The notes: a model not told the origin generated them from the letters alone. Counted from the stretch's first letter, positions 9,626-18,515 are shown. The stretch: DNA of 64,000 bases from an uncultured virus (IMG/VR IMGVR_UViG_3300025641_000004) (IMGVR_UViG_3300025641_000004), one strand, 5' to 3'. Made by a program: numbers and translations.

Positions 9626-9768
9626 TTTTATCGTTTAAAGAATATATTATTGAAAATAAATTAAGCAAGGCTTATGGTAAAGGCCTTGCTAAATCTACTC
9701 AAGATAAGCAAAAAGCTTAGTTTAAAAAACAAATGAAACGTGTTGCTGGACACGAATTTGGAGGATAA
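9622..9768 (+). pseudogene. Short internal-protein-like ORF interrupted by in-frame TAG
   Basis: MILSFKEYIIENKLSKAYGKGLAKSTQDKQKA*FKKQMKRVAGHEFGG*; TAG at 9718-9720. Confidence 0.45.
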
Positions 9769-9772
9769 AAAT

Positions 9773-10003
9773 ATGAGTGAAGAAACAAAAGAAGAAATAA
9801 AAGAGCCAACAACTGTTGTTGTATGTAAGCATAGTTTTTTTAATGATGACGTTATGGTAAGGCTAAAACAAGAAAGTACATGGCGTGGTCTTATTACTGT
9901 TGCTACTTTATTAGGGTGGCGCCTTGCTCCAGACCAAGCAGAAGCTATTATTACAGCAGGAGCATCTTTAGTAGGTACTATTAATATCCTGAAAAAGGAT
10001 TAA
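9773..10003 (+). CDS. Putative holin
   Basis: Two hydrophobic helices; RLKQESTWRGL..PDQAEAIITAG pattern. Confidence 0.6.
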   Translation: MSEETKEEIKEPTTVVVCKHSFFNDDVMVRLKQESTWRGLITVATLLGWRLAPDQAEAIITAGASLVGTINILKKD

Positions 10004-10021
10004 ATATTAGTTATTTTTTGA

Positions 10022-10050
10022 TTTACTTTATACCAAATTTGTGGTATAAT
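10022..10050 (+). promoter_or_regulatory. Early promoter
   Basis: TTTACT-N17-TATAAT with extended TG. Confidence 0.7.
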
Positions 10051-10057
10051 AAATCTA

Positions 10058-10657
10058 ATGAAAATAATTGGTATCTCAGGTAACGCTACTGTTGGTAAAG
10101 ATTCTTTTTGTAACGCTCTAATAGAACTTCTAAAAGAGCGCAACATTAAAGCAAAACGCTTCGCTTTTGCTGATGAATTAAAATATGAAACCGACGAGTT
10201 TCTTAAATCATCTCTAGGCATTAGTGCCTTTACAACTGATAAAGAAGAAAAGAAATTAATTCGCCCATTCTTAGTTTGGTGGGGAACTGACTTTAGAAGA
10301 GTCATCGACGATTCGCATTGGATTAATAAAGTTAGCGATAAGTTATCAAACGAAGATATTGTTTATATTATTACTGATGTAAGATATCAAAATGAGTTTG
10401 AATGGTTAAAGAATAATGATGGTTTATCGTTATTTTTGGATCGTGCTATTAGCGGAGTTGGCTTTGATGGGCTGCCTAATATTGTTCAGCCTTGCAATGA
10501 TTATGAAAGGGAAAACAACAAGTGGTTAAAAGCAGAAGCCGATATTAATACAACTTGGCAAACTATTAAAGATCCTGCATATAGAGAAAGGTTTATTTTA
10601 AGAAACGTATTTCCTGAAATATTATCATATATAGAAGGAGAAGAATCTGATGCTTAA
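10058..10657 (+). CDS. gp1: Deoxynucleoside monophosphate kinase (T4 gp1-like)
   Basis: IIGISGNATVGKDS P-loop; FAFADELK; R..L..WGTD; IITDVRYQNE. Confidence 0.85.
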   Translation: MKIIGISGNATVGKDSFCNALIELLKERNIKAKRFAFADELKYETDEFLKSSLGISAFTTDKEEKKLIRPFLVWWGTDFRRVIDDSHWINKVSDKLSNEDIVYIITDVRYQNEFEWLKNNDGLSLFLDRAISGVGFDGLPNIVQPCNDYERENNKWLKAEADINTTWQTIKDPAYRERFILRNVFPEILSYIEGEESDA

Positions 10658-10805
10658 TCTTGAAAATTGTATTGTTGGAATGTGTATGCTTGGGTATGTA
10701 ATAGTAGGAATATCTTACATACTAAAAGGCGATTATCCATGGGCTTTAATATGGATGAGTTATGGAACCGCCAATATTGGCTTAATATGGGCCGCAAGTT
10801 CATAG
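10650..10805 (+). CDS. Small membrane protein (not in ORF track)
   Basis: 51 aa MLNLENCIVGMCMLGYVIVG..WALIWMSYG.., two hydrophobic segments. Confidence 0.6.
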   Translation: MLNLENCIVGMCMLGYVIVGISYILKGDYPWALIWMSYGTANIGLIWAASS

Positions 10806-10826
10806 TAAAATATATTCATTTTTTTA

Positions 10827-10855
10827 TTTACAAATAGCCTTTTTTGTGATAGAAT
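10827..10855 (+). promoter_or_regulatory. Early promoter
   Basis: TTTACA-N17-TAGAAT. Confidence 0.65.
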
Positions 10856-10920
10856 AGATACAGATGGTTGGAAAAGGAATACATTTTTCTTTACAGTATC
10901 TAAACACAAATTGATTAAAT

Positions 10921-11427
10921 ATGAATATACAAAACTATATGACAATGGAAACACTCCTATCATTTTTGGTAGTAGGTGCAATGGCGCTAATTTACATTAG
11001 CTTTAGACTAACTGGTCGTTTACATAATAATAATTCACACTCTGAATTTATTGAAGAAGCACCAGTTTTAACTCGTCCTAATTCAGGGCAGTTGTGGTAT
11101 ACTAGGACAGGCCAATGGCAACCTTTTATTAATGAAGCAGAAGAGCCTGTAAAAATTCTTGAGTATAGAGCAAATGAATTTGATGAATGGGTTCGATATG
11201 AACAGGGCGATATTATTAAAATTGAATCAATGAATGATTTTTTCGCGGCCTATATGCCAGATGAATTTTCAGATCTTGTAAAACCATCTGAAGAAACCTT
11301 TGCTGACAGTAAAGAGGAATTACTTGATCTTGTTATTGAATTTGAAGAAGAAGCTCCTCAGCCATCAATACCAAGCAAAAATATCATTAATATTGACGGT
11401 AAGGATTATATACTAGCTCCTGTGTAA
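10921..11427 (+). CDS. Membrane-anchored hypothetical protein
   Basis: N-terminal TM, acidic C-terminus. Confidence 0.65.
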   Translation: MNIQNYMTMETLLSFLVVGAMALIYISFRLTGRLHNNNSHSEFIEEAPVLTRPNSGQLWYTRTGQWQPFINEAEEPVKILEYRANEFDEWVRYEQGDIIKIESMNDFFAAYMPDEFSDLVKPSEETFADSKEELLDLVIEFEEEAPQPSIPSKNIINIDGKDYILAPV

Positions 11428-11467
11428 TATCTCAATCGCCCTTTATATGATGAATCTTAAAAATTAA

Positions 11468-12067
11468 ATGAGCAAATATAACCATAAACTATGTTTTGTC
11501 GATCTTGAAACAACAGGTCTTGATCGCAATAAATGTGATATATTCCAATTGGCTACAATTATTACTGACCCAACAGGTGAACATATTTTGGATGAAATGA
11601 CTCTATCATTCAGGCCCTTTCAGACACAAACTTTTGAACAAGGCGCATTGGATAAAACTGGAGCATCTCTTGAATATTTAAATTCATTAGAACTTGGATC
11701 TTTGGAAGCTCGTCAACTGTTTATAGACCTTTGTAAAACTCACGTAGACGCATATAATAAAAAAGATAAGATGCACTTCATTGCGTATAACGCGCAGTTT
11801 GATTCTGAGTTTATGAGGGAGTGGTGGAAAAAAGCGGATGATCCTTACTTTGGTTCTCTCTTTTGGAATCCCCCGATTTGTGTAATGCAAGCTGCTGCAT
11901 GGTTTGTTCAACGAGTTCGAGGAGCTTTGCCTAATTTCCAACTTGGTACTGTTTGCGAAAGCGCTGGAGTTGGTTGGGACGAATCAAAAGCTCACAATGC
12001 GGAATATGATATTCAGAAAACGCATGAACTTTATAAGTATCTATCTAGGAATGTACCAACACTATGA
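11468..12067 (+). CDS. DEDDh 3'-5' exonuclease (DnaQ-like)
   Basis: FVDLETTGLD, AYNAQFD, AHNAEYD. Confidence 0.9.
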   Translation: MSKYNHKLCFVDLETTGLDRNKCDIFQLATIITDPTGEHILDEMTLSFRPFQTQTFEQGALDKTGASLEYLNSLELGSLEARQLFIDLCKTHVDAYNKKDKMHFIAYNAQFDSEFMREWWKKADDPYFGSLFWNPPICVMQAAAWFVQRVRGALPNFQLGTVCESAGVGWDESKAHNAEYDIQKTHELYKYLSRNVPTL

Positions 12068-12336
12068 AAATTTACTTAGCAATACTAACACTACTTTTTA
12101 CATCTTGTTCAGCTGGATCTGATAACAGCGCTCCTGCCGGTTTCTTTATTGGATTCTTACAAGGTTTTATAGTTTTTATTGCTTGGTTAATCTCTTTGTT
12201 TAATGATAACATTTTAATTTATGAGCCGTATAATAATGGAGGATGGTATGACTTTGGATTCATACTTGGATTAGCGACTTTAGTATCAAATCTTAAAAAA
12301 GAAAAAGTAATATTAATACCAGTACAAAACAAATGA
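12064..12336 (+). CDS. Membrane lipoprotein
   Basis: Lipobox FTSC; PAGFF.G..QG, IYE..NNGGWYDFGF. Confidence 0.65.
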   Translation: MKIYLAILTLLFTSCSAGSDNSAPAGFFIGFLQGFIVFIAWLISLFNDNILIYEPYNNGGWYDFGFILGLATLVSNLKKEKVILIPVQNK

Positions 12337-12686
12337 AAACAATAAAATACGCGCTACTACCTTTGATTTGTATAACTATATGTAGTTGTGTTACATCATA
12401 CGATAGATATGGCCGCCCTATTCAAACCGTTGATCCTGTAGTAGCTACTGTTGGAGCAGTTGCTGTTGGAGCATTAGCGTATAATGCAGGGCAGAATAAT
12501 AGTTACTATAATAATCGTTATTATGGTTCCAATAGATATAATGGAAGATGCGATCGACCAGCATCCTTTTATACAACTGGGCACAGATTCTATCACGCTC
12601 CCAATGTTTATAGAGTAAGAGGAAATCATCATATCTATAATAGTACAAGACCAAGTTGTGGTGTATCACCATATCGACGTTATTGA
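12333..12686 (+). CDS. Small lipoprotein
   Basis: Lipobox ICSC; YDRYGRPIQTVDP, Gly/Ala zipper, Y/N/R-rich tail. Confidence 0.65.
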   Translation: MKTIKYALLPLICITICSCVTSYDRYGRPIQTVDPVVATVGAVAVGALAYNAGQNNSYYNNRYYGSNRYNGRCDRPASFYTTGHRFYHAPNVYRVRGNHHIYNSTRPSCGVSPYRRY

Positions 12687-12705
12687 AAATAATTGTATTA
12701 TTTTA

Positions 12706-12734
12706 TTTACATTTCTTATTATACGTGATATAAT
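12706..12734 (+). promoter_or_regulatory. Early promoter
   Basis: TTTACA-N17-TATAAT; ATG 7 nt downstream. Confidence 0.7.
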
Positions 12735-12740
12735 ATATAC

Positions 12741-12938
12741 ATGATAAAAAATTATAATGAAACACAACGTGATACCCTATTGGAAAAAGAATGTTTTAGA
12801 CTTGCGGAAGAGCATGCATTACTATTAGATTTTATTCACTTGGCGGTAGCATCTAAAAAGACGAACGGAACATTTAGTAATTCGAGAGAAAGTCTGCATC
12901 AAAAAGCCAGAGTTGTATTGGACAAAATAAATCGTTAA
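12741..12938 (+). CDS. Hypothetical protein
   Basis: 65-aa ORF directly after promoter. Confidence 0.55.
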   Translation: MIKNYNETQRDTLLEKECFRLAEEHALLLDFIHLAVASKKTNGTFSNSRESLHQKARVVLDKINR

Positions 12939-12947
12939 AATAATAAT

Positions 12948-13127
12948 ATGAGCGAAGATAAAAAAATACCAAGTCCAGGTTCAGATGAAGCGATTGCGCT
13001 TGGGTGTAGTTGTCCTGTAATGGATAACGAATATGGGAAAGGCTATATGGGAATGGAAAACACTTTTATATATAGTACAGCCTGCCCACTACATGGAGGA
13101 TCACTCCCTAAAGAAAATGACGATTGA
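12948..13127 (+). CDS. Small Cys/His metal-binding protein (not in ORF track)
   Basis: 59 aa PGSDEAIALGCSCPVMDN..G.G..CPLHG. Confidence 0.65.
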   Translation: MSEDKKIPSPGSDEAIALGCSCPVMDNEYGKGYMGMENTFIYSTACPLHGGSLPKENDD

Positions 13128-13698
13128 ACAACATTTATATAATTGGAAAGGGAACGAAAAACTTCAAGGGATTGATAAAACTTTAGATGTTTTATTCCAA
13201 GAATATTTTAATACAAATACTTTCTTTGAGCATATCTTAATTAAAGTATGCACGCTAAACAGTTTATATAGTACTCAAATTTTTGATACTTATTCCGTTG
13301 CTAAACATATTTACGAATTAGAAGTTGATGAAGATTTATTAACTGGTGATTTAAGTTTAGTTAATAGAATAGCAAAATGTGAGATTAGCGGTAAATCTAA
13401 AAACTTTTATTCTTTCGCTAGTAAATATTGCGCGCACCATAAACCAGAGACATATTCAATATATGATTCATTTGTTGAGAAAGCGCTGTTTACCTTTAAT
13501 GAGAATGACCCATTTGATACCTTTAAGAAACCAGAACTAAGAGATTATCCAACATTCATGAGAGTGATGGATAATTTTATACAAAAGAATCATTTACACG
13601 AATATTCTTTAGCAGAAGTTGATAAGTATTTGTGGTTAGCTGGTAAAGAATTTAAATCAAAGGGAAATGAAAAAAGAATTAGAACTAAAGCTCGTTGA
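13117..13698 (+). CDS. Conserved hypothetical protein, possible HhH-GPD glycosylase-like fold
   Basis: LIKV..LN..YST, NFYSFASKYC.HH, SIYDS.V, EVDKYLW. Confidence 0.5.
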   Translation: MTIEQHLYNWKGNEKLQGIDKTLDVLFQEYFNTNTFFEHILIKVCTLNSLYSTQIFDTYSVAKHIYELEVDEDLLTGDLSLVNRIAKCEISGKSKNFYSFASKYCAHHKPETYSIYDSFVEKALFTFNENDPFDTFKKPELRDYPTFMRVMDNFIQKNHLHEYSLAEVDKYLWLAGKEFKSKGNEKRIRTKAR

Positions 13699-14140
13699 GA
13701 AATATCCTCGGCTTCTAAAGGATTACGGTGGTGATCCTAGAGTTACATGTTTAGCATGGGGAATGGAGTGCGGAGATGGTTGGTATGATGTTATTGATGA
13801 AGCATTACATATGATTAATCAGGTGTGTATTAAATTTGGTTATGAGGATATTGTTGTCGCTCAAATTAAAGAGAAGTTCGGTCAATTGAGAATCTATATG
13901 ACCTATGGCGAATGCGACACTGTTGTTTTAAAAATCATTGAATGTATAACTGAGGCAGCATTACAAAAATCACGTAGTTGTTGTGAGCTTACAGGTAACT
14001 ACGGTGTGTTGTGCAAGCGCGGATCGTGGGTTAAAACATTATCTTTCGAAGCCGTTCAAGATGCAAGCCACGAGTATGAGCCTGTTAACGAGTATGATAA
14101 GGACGCGTGGGAGCAAAGGAAGAAAAAATTACAAGTATGA
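13667..14140 (+). CDS. Conserved phage protein
   Basis: ECGDGWY, QIKEKFGQLRIY, CELTG motifs. Confidence 0.7.
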   Translation: MKKELELKLVEKYPRLLKDYGGDPRVTCLAWGMECGDGWYDVIDEALHMINQVCIKFGYEDIVVAQIKEKFGQLRIYMTYGECDTVVLKIIECITEAALQKSRSCCELTGNYGVLCKRGSWVKTLSFEAVQDASHEYEPVNEYDKDAWEQRKKKLQV

Positions 14141-14682
14141 AAATAAAATTACTATTCAACAGCCACTACTGGTGGGACCTACAGTATAAGATCAAATGCT
14201 TCTTCCACCCAAAGCAAGAGTGGTTGACTAATGTTATACCTGATACATATTGTGATAAGGTTGAACTTATTCCGCGGATGTTATTTAAGTGCCTTGAGCA
14301 TCATGTAGAGGTTGAACGCAAAGTTAACTGGGTACACGACATTGGTTATGATTGGGCTGAAGAAGTTAAGCTTAAGTTTGTAAGTCAGTCCTATGCTGAT
14401 GAGCAGATGAAGGTTGACAAAGAGCTAATGAAGGCCTATAACTGGATTAAGACTGGTCGTAGTGATATAGATGAGCAGATAGATGCTGCATACCCACCAC
14501 GAGAGCCACTTGAGACACTATTCAGCAAGAGTGAAACCGTTGATGGACATTATGAGATAACCGTTTCACCTGAGCAAACAGCGTGTTATAAAGAGGTAGG
14601 CAGACTTGAAGCTATAAAACTTAAGAAGGATAAGGATTGTATGAGAGCCATTATTAAGCACCATCATAGACTATGGACATGA
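14137..14682 (+). CDS. Hypothetical protein
   Basis: ATGA overlap; ends in H..LWT. Confidence 0.65.
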   Translation: MKIKLLFNSHYWWDLQYKIKCFFHPKQEWLTNVIPDTYCDKVELIPRMLFKCLEHHVEVERKVNWVHDIGYDWAEEVKLKFVSQSYADEQMKVDKELMKAYNWIKTGRSDIDEQIDAAYPPREPLETLFSKSETVDGHYEITVSPEQTACYKEVGRLEAIKLKKDKDCMRAIIKHHHRLWT

Positions 14683-14948
14683 ATATAAACTTACGAGATA
14701 TAACCCGTGATTGGGTCAATGGCGTCAGAGAGTATTATAAAGATACTGACAATCTAACACAGGTGTTTGCGCGAGGTTATTTCGCAGGAATGTCAGAGAG
14801 GGAGGTTAAGGAATTCGCGGATAAGCTATATGAGACTAATAGGCTTTGTGAGATGAGAGAATCCAGAGAGCAGCATAAGCTAACCACATTTGAAGAGGCA
14901 AAGAAACAGGCAGCAGAGTTTGATAAAGTGCAACCAGAGGAACATTGA
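14673..14948 (+). CDS. Hypothetical protein
   Basis: Overlapping ORF in operon. Confidence 0.55.
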   Translation: MDMNINLRDITRDWVNGVREYYKDTDNLTQVFARGYFAGMSEREVKEFADKLYETNRLCEMRESREQHKLTTFEEAKKQAAEFDKVQPEEH

Positions 14949-14966
14949 TATAATTAGTAAAACAAG

Positions 14967-15206
14967 ATGAACGATAAACCAACAATAGCACTAGTAAGGA
15001 AAGCACCACAAATACGACTAAGAAAAGAGACAGTGCGAGTAAATGTAACCCCAGCTGTAGATATAGTACAAACAACAAACAAGCATATAACACTATCGTC
15101 ACTACTACTAGCATCAGCCGTACTATTACTAACAGTAAACGTTATAATGGTTACAATGTGGGCAAAGGATGTTGAGGGTATGATAAACGTAGAACTTAAG
15201 CACTAA
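14967..15206 (+). CDS. Single-TM hypothetical protein
   Basis: Hydrophobic LSSLLLASAVLLLTVNVIMV; TAATG-coupled to the pilin gene. Confidence 0.6.
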   Translation: MNDKPTIALVRKAPQIRLRKETVRVNVTPAVDIVQTTNKHITLSSLLLASAVLLLTVNVIMVTMWAKDVEGMINVELKH

Positions 15207-15865
15207 TGAATAAACCAGGATACACTCTAATTGAGCTACTCATCGTCATTAGCATTATGGCAACGTTGATGACAATTGGATCGTTCGGCATTTCAAACTT
15301 CAGTAAGGCTAGAGGAGTGTCAACAGGAGTAACGTTAGCACAGCAATATACACAGGCCGCAAAAGAAACGGCACTGACAAGACCATCGCGATCACGGCTG
15401 CTTATTCATGGTACTAATGATCCAACCAACACTCTTCATAGAGAGCGCTATCTAAGGTATATGGTTATACAAGTACTAAACGCAGGGCCAGATGAGCAAT
15501 TGAACACAGACGATGACTTTTGGGAAATAGCACAGAAGGGAAAGTATCTACCAAATAGAGCATGGTTCATTCCAAGCTTAAGCAATCAAACAGACTTAAT
15601 TATACCAACAGTCGATGCAAGGCTCCCAGGACAACCGGCGGGAGAAACGTCCACATGCTTCTATTACGAGTTCAATACACAAGGCCTATTAACAGATCCA
15701 AAGCCAGGAGTACTGGCACCGCGCTTTATTATTAGCGGAGGATCATTACCACCAGGAACCGTAGAACCAATAAGAAGCGATGATGATAGAAACGTTGGAG
15801 GCTTTGTAATATGGAAGAAAGGTACTACATCGCGCATTAAACATCCAGATCAAATAGGATTATGA
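15206..15865 (+). CDS. Type IV pilin/pseudopilin-like protein (GspH/FimT-like)
   Basis: Class III signal MNKPG|YTLIELLIVISIMATL with E5; A..A..A region and FN..G beta motif. Confidence 0.85.
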   Translation: MNKPGYTLIELLIVISIMATLMTIGSFGISNFSKARGVSTGVTLAQQYTQAAKETALTRPSRSRLLIHGTNDPTNTLHRERYLRYMVIQVLNAGPDEQLNTDDDFWEIAQKGKYLPNRAWFIPSLSNQTDLIIPTVDARLPGQPAGETSTCFYYEFNTQGLLTDPKPGVLAPRFIISGGSLPPGTVEPIRSDDDRNVGGFVIWKKGTTSRIKHPDQIGL

Positions 15866-16437
15866 AAACGGCAGTATTAAATAAGACAAGAACATACCTG
15901 ATTGGTCCAATGCAATATGCAGAAGGACGATATTGGAGAGAGGATTTTTCAGAATTTCTAAATGAAATTAACGTAACGATCTTTGATCCTTATAAGAAAC
16001 CATTTATTAATGCTCCTGAAGAAGATGAGAAAACTCATGAATGGATGGAGAGCTTAATGAAAAAGGGCGAGACACATCTTGATTATTGGAGTAAAGACAC
16101 TGGGTATGATACTGTTGCTAAACATATGAAGAAGGTTCGTAACTTTGATCTTTCAATGGTTGACGCTGCAGACTTTATCATTTGTTATCTTAACGCAGAG
16201 GTACCAACGTTTGGAACTATGGAAGAACTTAGTTGGGCCGCTAGGTGTAAGAAGCCAACCTTTATTATTATGGAAGGCGGTAAAGAAAAGACTCCGTTCT
16301 GGGTAATGGGTATGTTCCCTCACAAATACATTTACAATTCATTTGATGAAGTTAAGGAAATCATTACCAAGATTAATGATGGAACTGTTAAAGCTGACTC
16401 TGATCGATGGAGATTATTTAAACAAGAATTAAGGTAA
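15862..16437 (+). CDS. Nucleoside 2-deoxyribosyltransferase-like protein
   Basis: YLIGPM..WRE, IFDP, DL..VD.AD.II, GTMEEL..A. Confidence 0.8.
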   Translation: MKTAVLNKTRTYLIGPMQYAEGRYWREDFSEFLNEINVTIFDPYKKPFINAPEEDEKTHEWMESLMKKGETHLDYWSKDTGYDTVAKHMKKVRNFDLSMVDAADFIICYLNAEVPTFGTMEELSWAARCKKPTFIIMEGGKEKTPFWVMGMFPHKYIYNSFDEVKEIITKINDGTVKADSDRWRLFKQELR

Positions 16438-16444
16438 TTTGTTA

Positions 16445-16472
16445 TTTACAAATCAACATTTTAATATATAAT
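16445..16472 (+). promoter_or_regulatory. Early promoter
   Basis: TTTACA-N16-TATAAT. Confidence 0.6.
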
Positions 16473-16495
16473 TAATAATGTAACAAACAAACAAT

Positions 16496-16627
16496 ATGGC
16501 AAAGAATACACAAACCGGACCAAGCACGAAAAGAATTAAACGTAAAGGCATTCATGCTAAGACGCAAGCTTCAAAACTGAAACAGAGTAAAAACTATTTG
16601 AAGCGTTATAGAGGGCAGGGTAAATAA
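16496..16627 (+). CDS. Small basic protein ending KRYRGQGK (not in ORF track)
   Basis: 43 aa, very Lys/Arg rich. Confidence 0.65.
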   Translation: MAKNTQTGPSTKRIKRKGIHAKTQASKLKQSKNYLKRYRGQGK

Positions 16628-16794
16628 TGAAAATTATATTAGCTTATATTTTATTCTGGCTCGGTGATATTATTAGTTATACTTTACACTGTAATTTCTT
16701 GGTTAAACCATTTTATCCTGTTTACCAAAAGCTAATGTTATGGAGTAGTAACTTGGATGTTCACGGTAAGATTTGGAAAGATGTTGGTAAATAA
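16627..16794 (+). CDS. Small hypothetical protein (not in ORF track)
   Basis: 55 aa MKIILAYILFWLGDIIS..YQKLMLWS; TAATG coupling. Confidence 0.6.
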   Translation: MKIILAYILFWLGDIISYTLHCNFLVKPFYPVYQKLMLWSSNLDVHGKIWKDVGK

Positions 16795-16806
16795 ATAATT
16801 AAACAT

Positions 16807-16892
16807 GCGGGAGTGGTGAAATTGGTAAACACGCCTGATTTAAGCTCAGGTGGATGGTAACGTCCTTGCGGGTTCGATTCCCGCCTTCCGTA
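16807..16892 (+). tRNA. trnL: tRNA-Leu(TAA)
   Basis: Acceptor GCGGGAG/CTTCCGT; anticodon arm CCTGA-TTTAAGC-TCAGG; long variable arm; GGTTCGATTCC; no encoded CCA. Confidence 0.93.
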
Positions 16893-16900
16893 CTTTAAAA

Positions 16901-17398
16901 ATGATTACACTTATGAAATCAAAAGAACCAACCAACCGAAAAGAATTATTAAAAGCTGATATTTTAAATGAATTAAATAAGGTATCCGATAAACATTTTA
17001 AAACTTTGCGAGGACTGCTTGCAAAACGTGAGCATTTTTCGAACTTAACCTTTGACAAATTTACTCAAGAAGACCATACAGAATCATCTGAAACTAATAG
17101 TAAAATTATGGAAGTTGAAAAATTAATCGAGGATTTAAAAATCACAATTGATGTTGTAGAAAACCTTTGGCAATCTTAAAGAACTAATATGGAACATTAT
17201 GCAATAAAAGGAATTATTAGTAGGCATAACGATGATGCTTACACGATTCCTAATACACCTCGTTTTTCTAATGTAGAATCCGCAGTTGATTTTTATAATA
17301 GAAATAAAGAATGTGAATCATCATACAACTGGTTAAAGTTTAGAAAGATTGGCGTATATAAAATAACTGTTTCTGAAGAAATATGTAAATATCTGTAA
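16901..17398 (+). other. Two small hypothetical ORFs (16901-17179, 17189-17398)
   Basis: Co-oriented ORFs; the first must start after the tRNA. Confidence 0.55.
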
Positions 17399-17444
17399 AA
17401 CGATAAGCATTTTACGCGTATTTCTCAATATTTTAATGAGCCTC

Positions 17445-17533
17445 AACCCTATATTCTACGGGGGTTGTAGAGCAAAATGCACATTTCGTGAATTATTTTA
17501 TTTACAAATGTGCATTTTTATGGTATAATATAA
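17445..17533 (+). repeat. 89-bp promoter/stem-loop cassette, copy 1 (PeSL-like)
   Basis: 83/89 identical to 21522-21610; TTTACA(17501)-N17-TATAAT(17524); inverted repeat AAAATGCACATTT/AAATGTGCATTTT. Confidence 0.9.
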
Positions 17534-18299
17534 TCATAATAAGGGAACGGCAAAACAAACCTAAGAGTTCCTAAGATCCCCGTAAGGCGGGGATCACCAC
17601 CACAACCAACTATATTATGAAATCAGAATTCGCCACACCAGAGCCCGCAACTAAATGGGTAATTTATACTCTTGAAGATATCATTGAACTTGCTGAAGAC
17701 GATGATGTAATTATAACGACTGAGCCCGAGGCATTAAATTACCTTAAAAATCGCAAAGACAATTATATTAAGGTTATTGGGCATGGTATATATGATATCC
17801 TTTTTGCATAATTAAAACTCTAATATAATATGAAAAAAGAAAACAAACCATATATGGACATTCTCGTTGATAAGCATCTGAAAAAGATTCAAGAAATACT
17901 TGTTATTAATAACACCGCCGTTGGTCATTCTGAAGATGGCGATATGCCAGTGAAATATGTCGGAAACGGTGAAGATTGGATTAACCCACATTATAAAAAT
18001 CAGCCAGGCCAATTTAAGACTTTTGCCACTAAGCTCTGGATTCAATTTGGATAAACTATATAATTTTATTATGAAAAACAAAAAAACTGAATATACCGAC
18101 GAAGGTAAGAATGGAAACACTGCTCCTTATTGGGTAGAACAAGGTTACATTCATGGGCGTGATGAAGCTCCTGATGGTAAGAAATGGATTCAAAACATTA
18201 TGTCAGAATATTGGATTCTTGAAGAGGAAGAAACTCCATTTACACAATCCGTAGCAAGTGAAACTTATTGGTGCAGTTAATTAAAAACTTTATTATATT

Positions 18300-18515
18300 A
18301 TGAATAATAGATTTTCAGATCGTGATATTGTTGATTGGCGTAATTATGAACGCATTAGATTAACTGGTAAATTTAATATGTTTGATCCTCGTGCTCGTGA
18401 AATGGTCGGGTTATCAAAAGAAAGATATATCTTTATCTTAGAACATTATAGTAATATTCAAGACCAAATAGCAGAAAGCAAAATCGCTGCAAACATCAAT
18501 AATATGTATGAGTGA
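18300..18515 (+). CDS. DUF5049-like phage protein
   Basis: IRLTGKFNMFD motif. Confidence 0.55.
   Translation: MNNRFSDRDIVDWRNYERIRLTGKFNMFDPRAREMVGLSKERYIFILEHYSNIQDQIAESKIAANINNMYE

Noticed and set aside
16846..17058. ORFs overlapping tRNA-Leu (minus-strand ORF and the 16850 start)
   Set aside because: They overlap a clear tRNA; the real plus-strand ORF starts at 16901 or later
17450..17472. TTCTAC-GGGGGTT-GTAGA resembles a Cas12a repeat stem (CRISPR array or RNA anti-CRISPR)
   Set aside because: Only two copies 4 kb apart, followed by near-identical promoter sequence rather than spacers; the AATTTCTACT handle and terminal T are not matched
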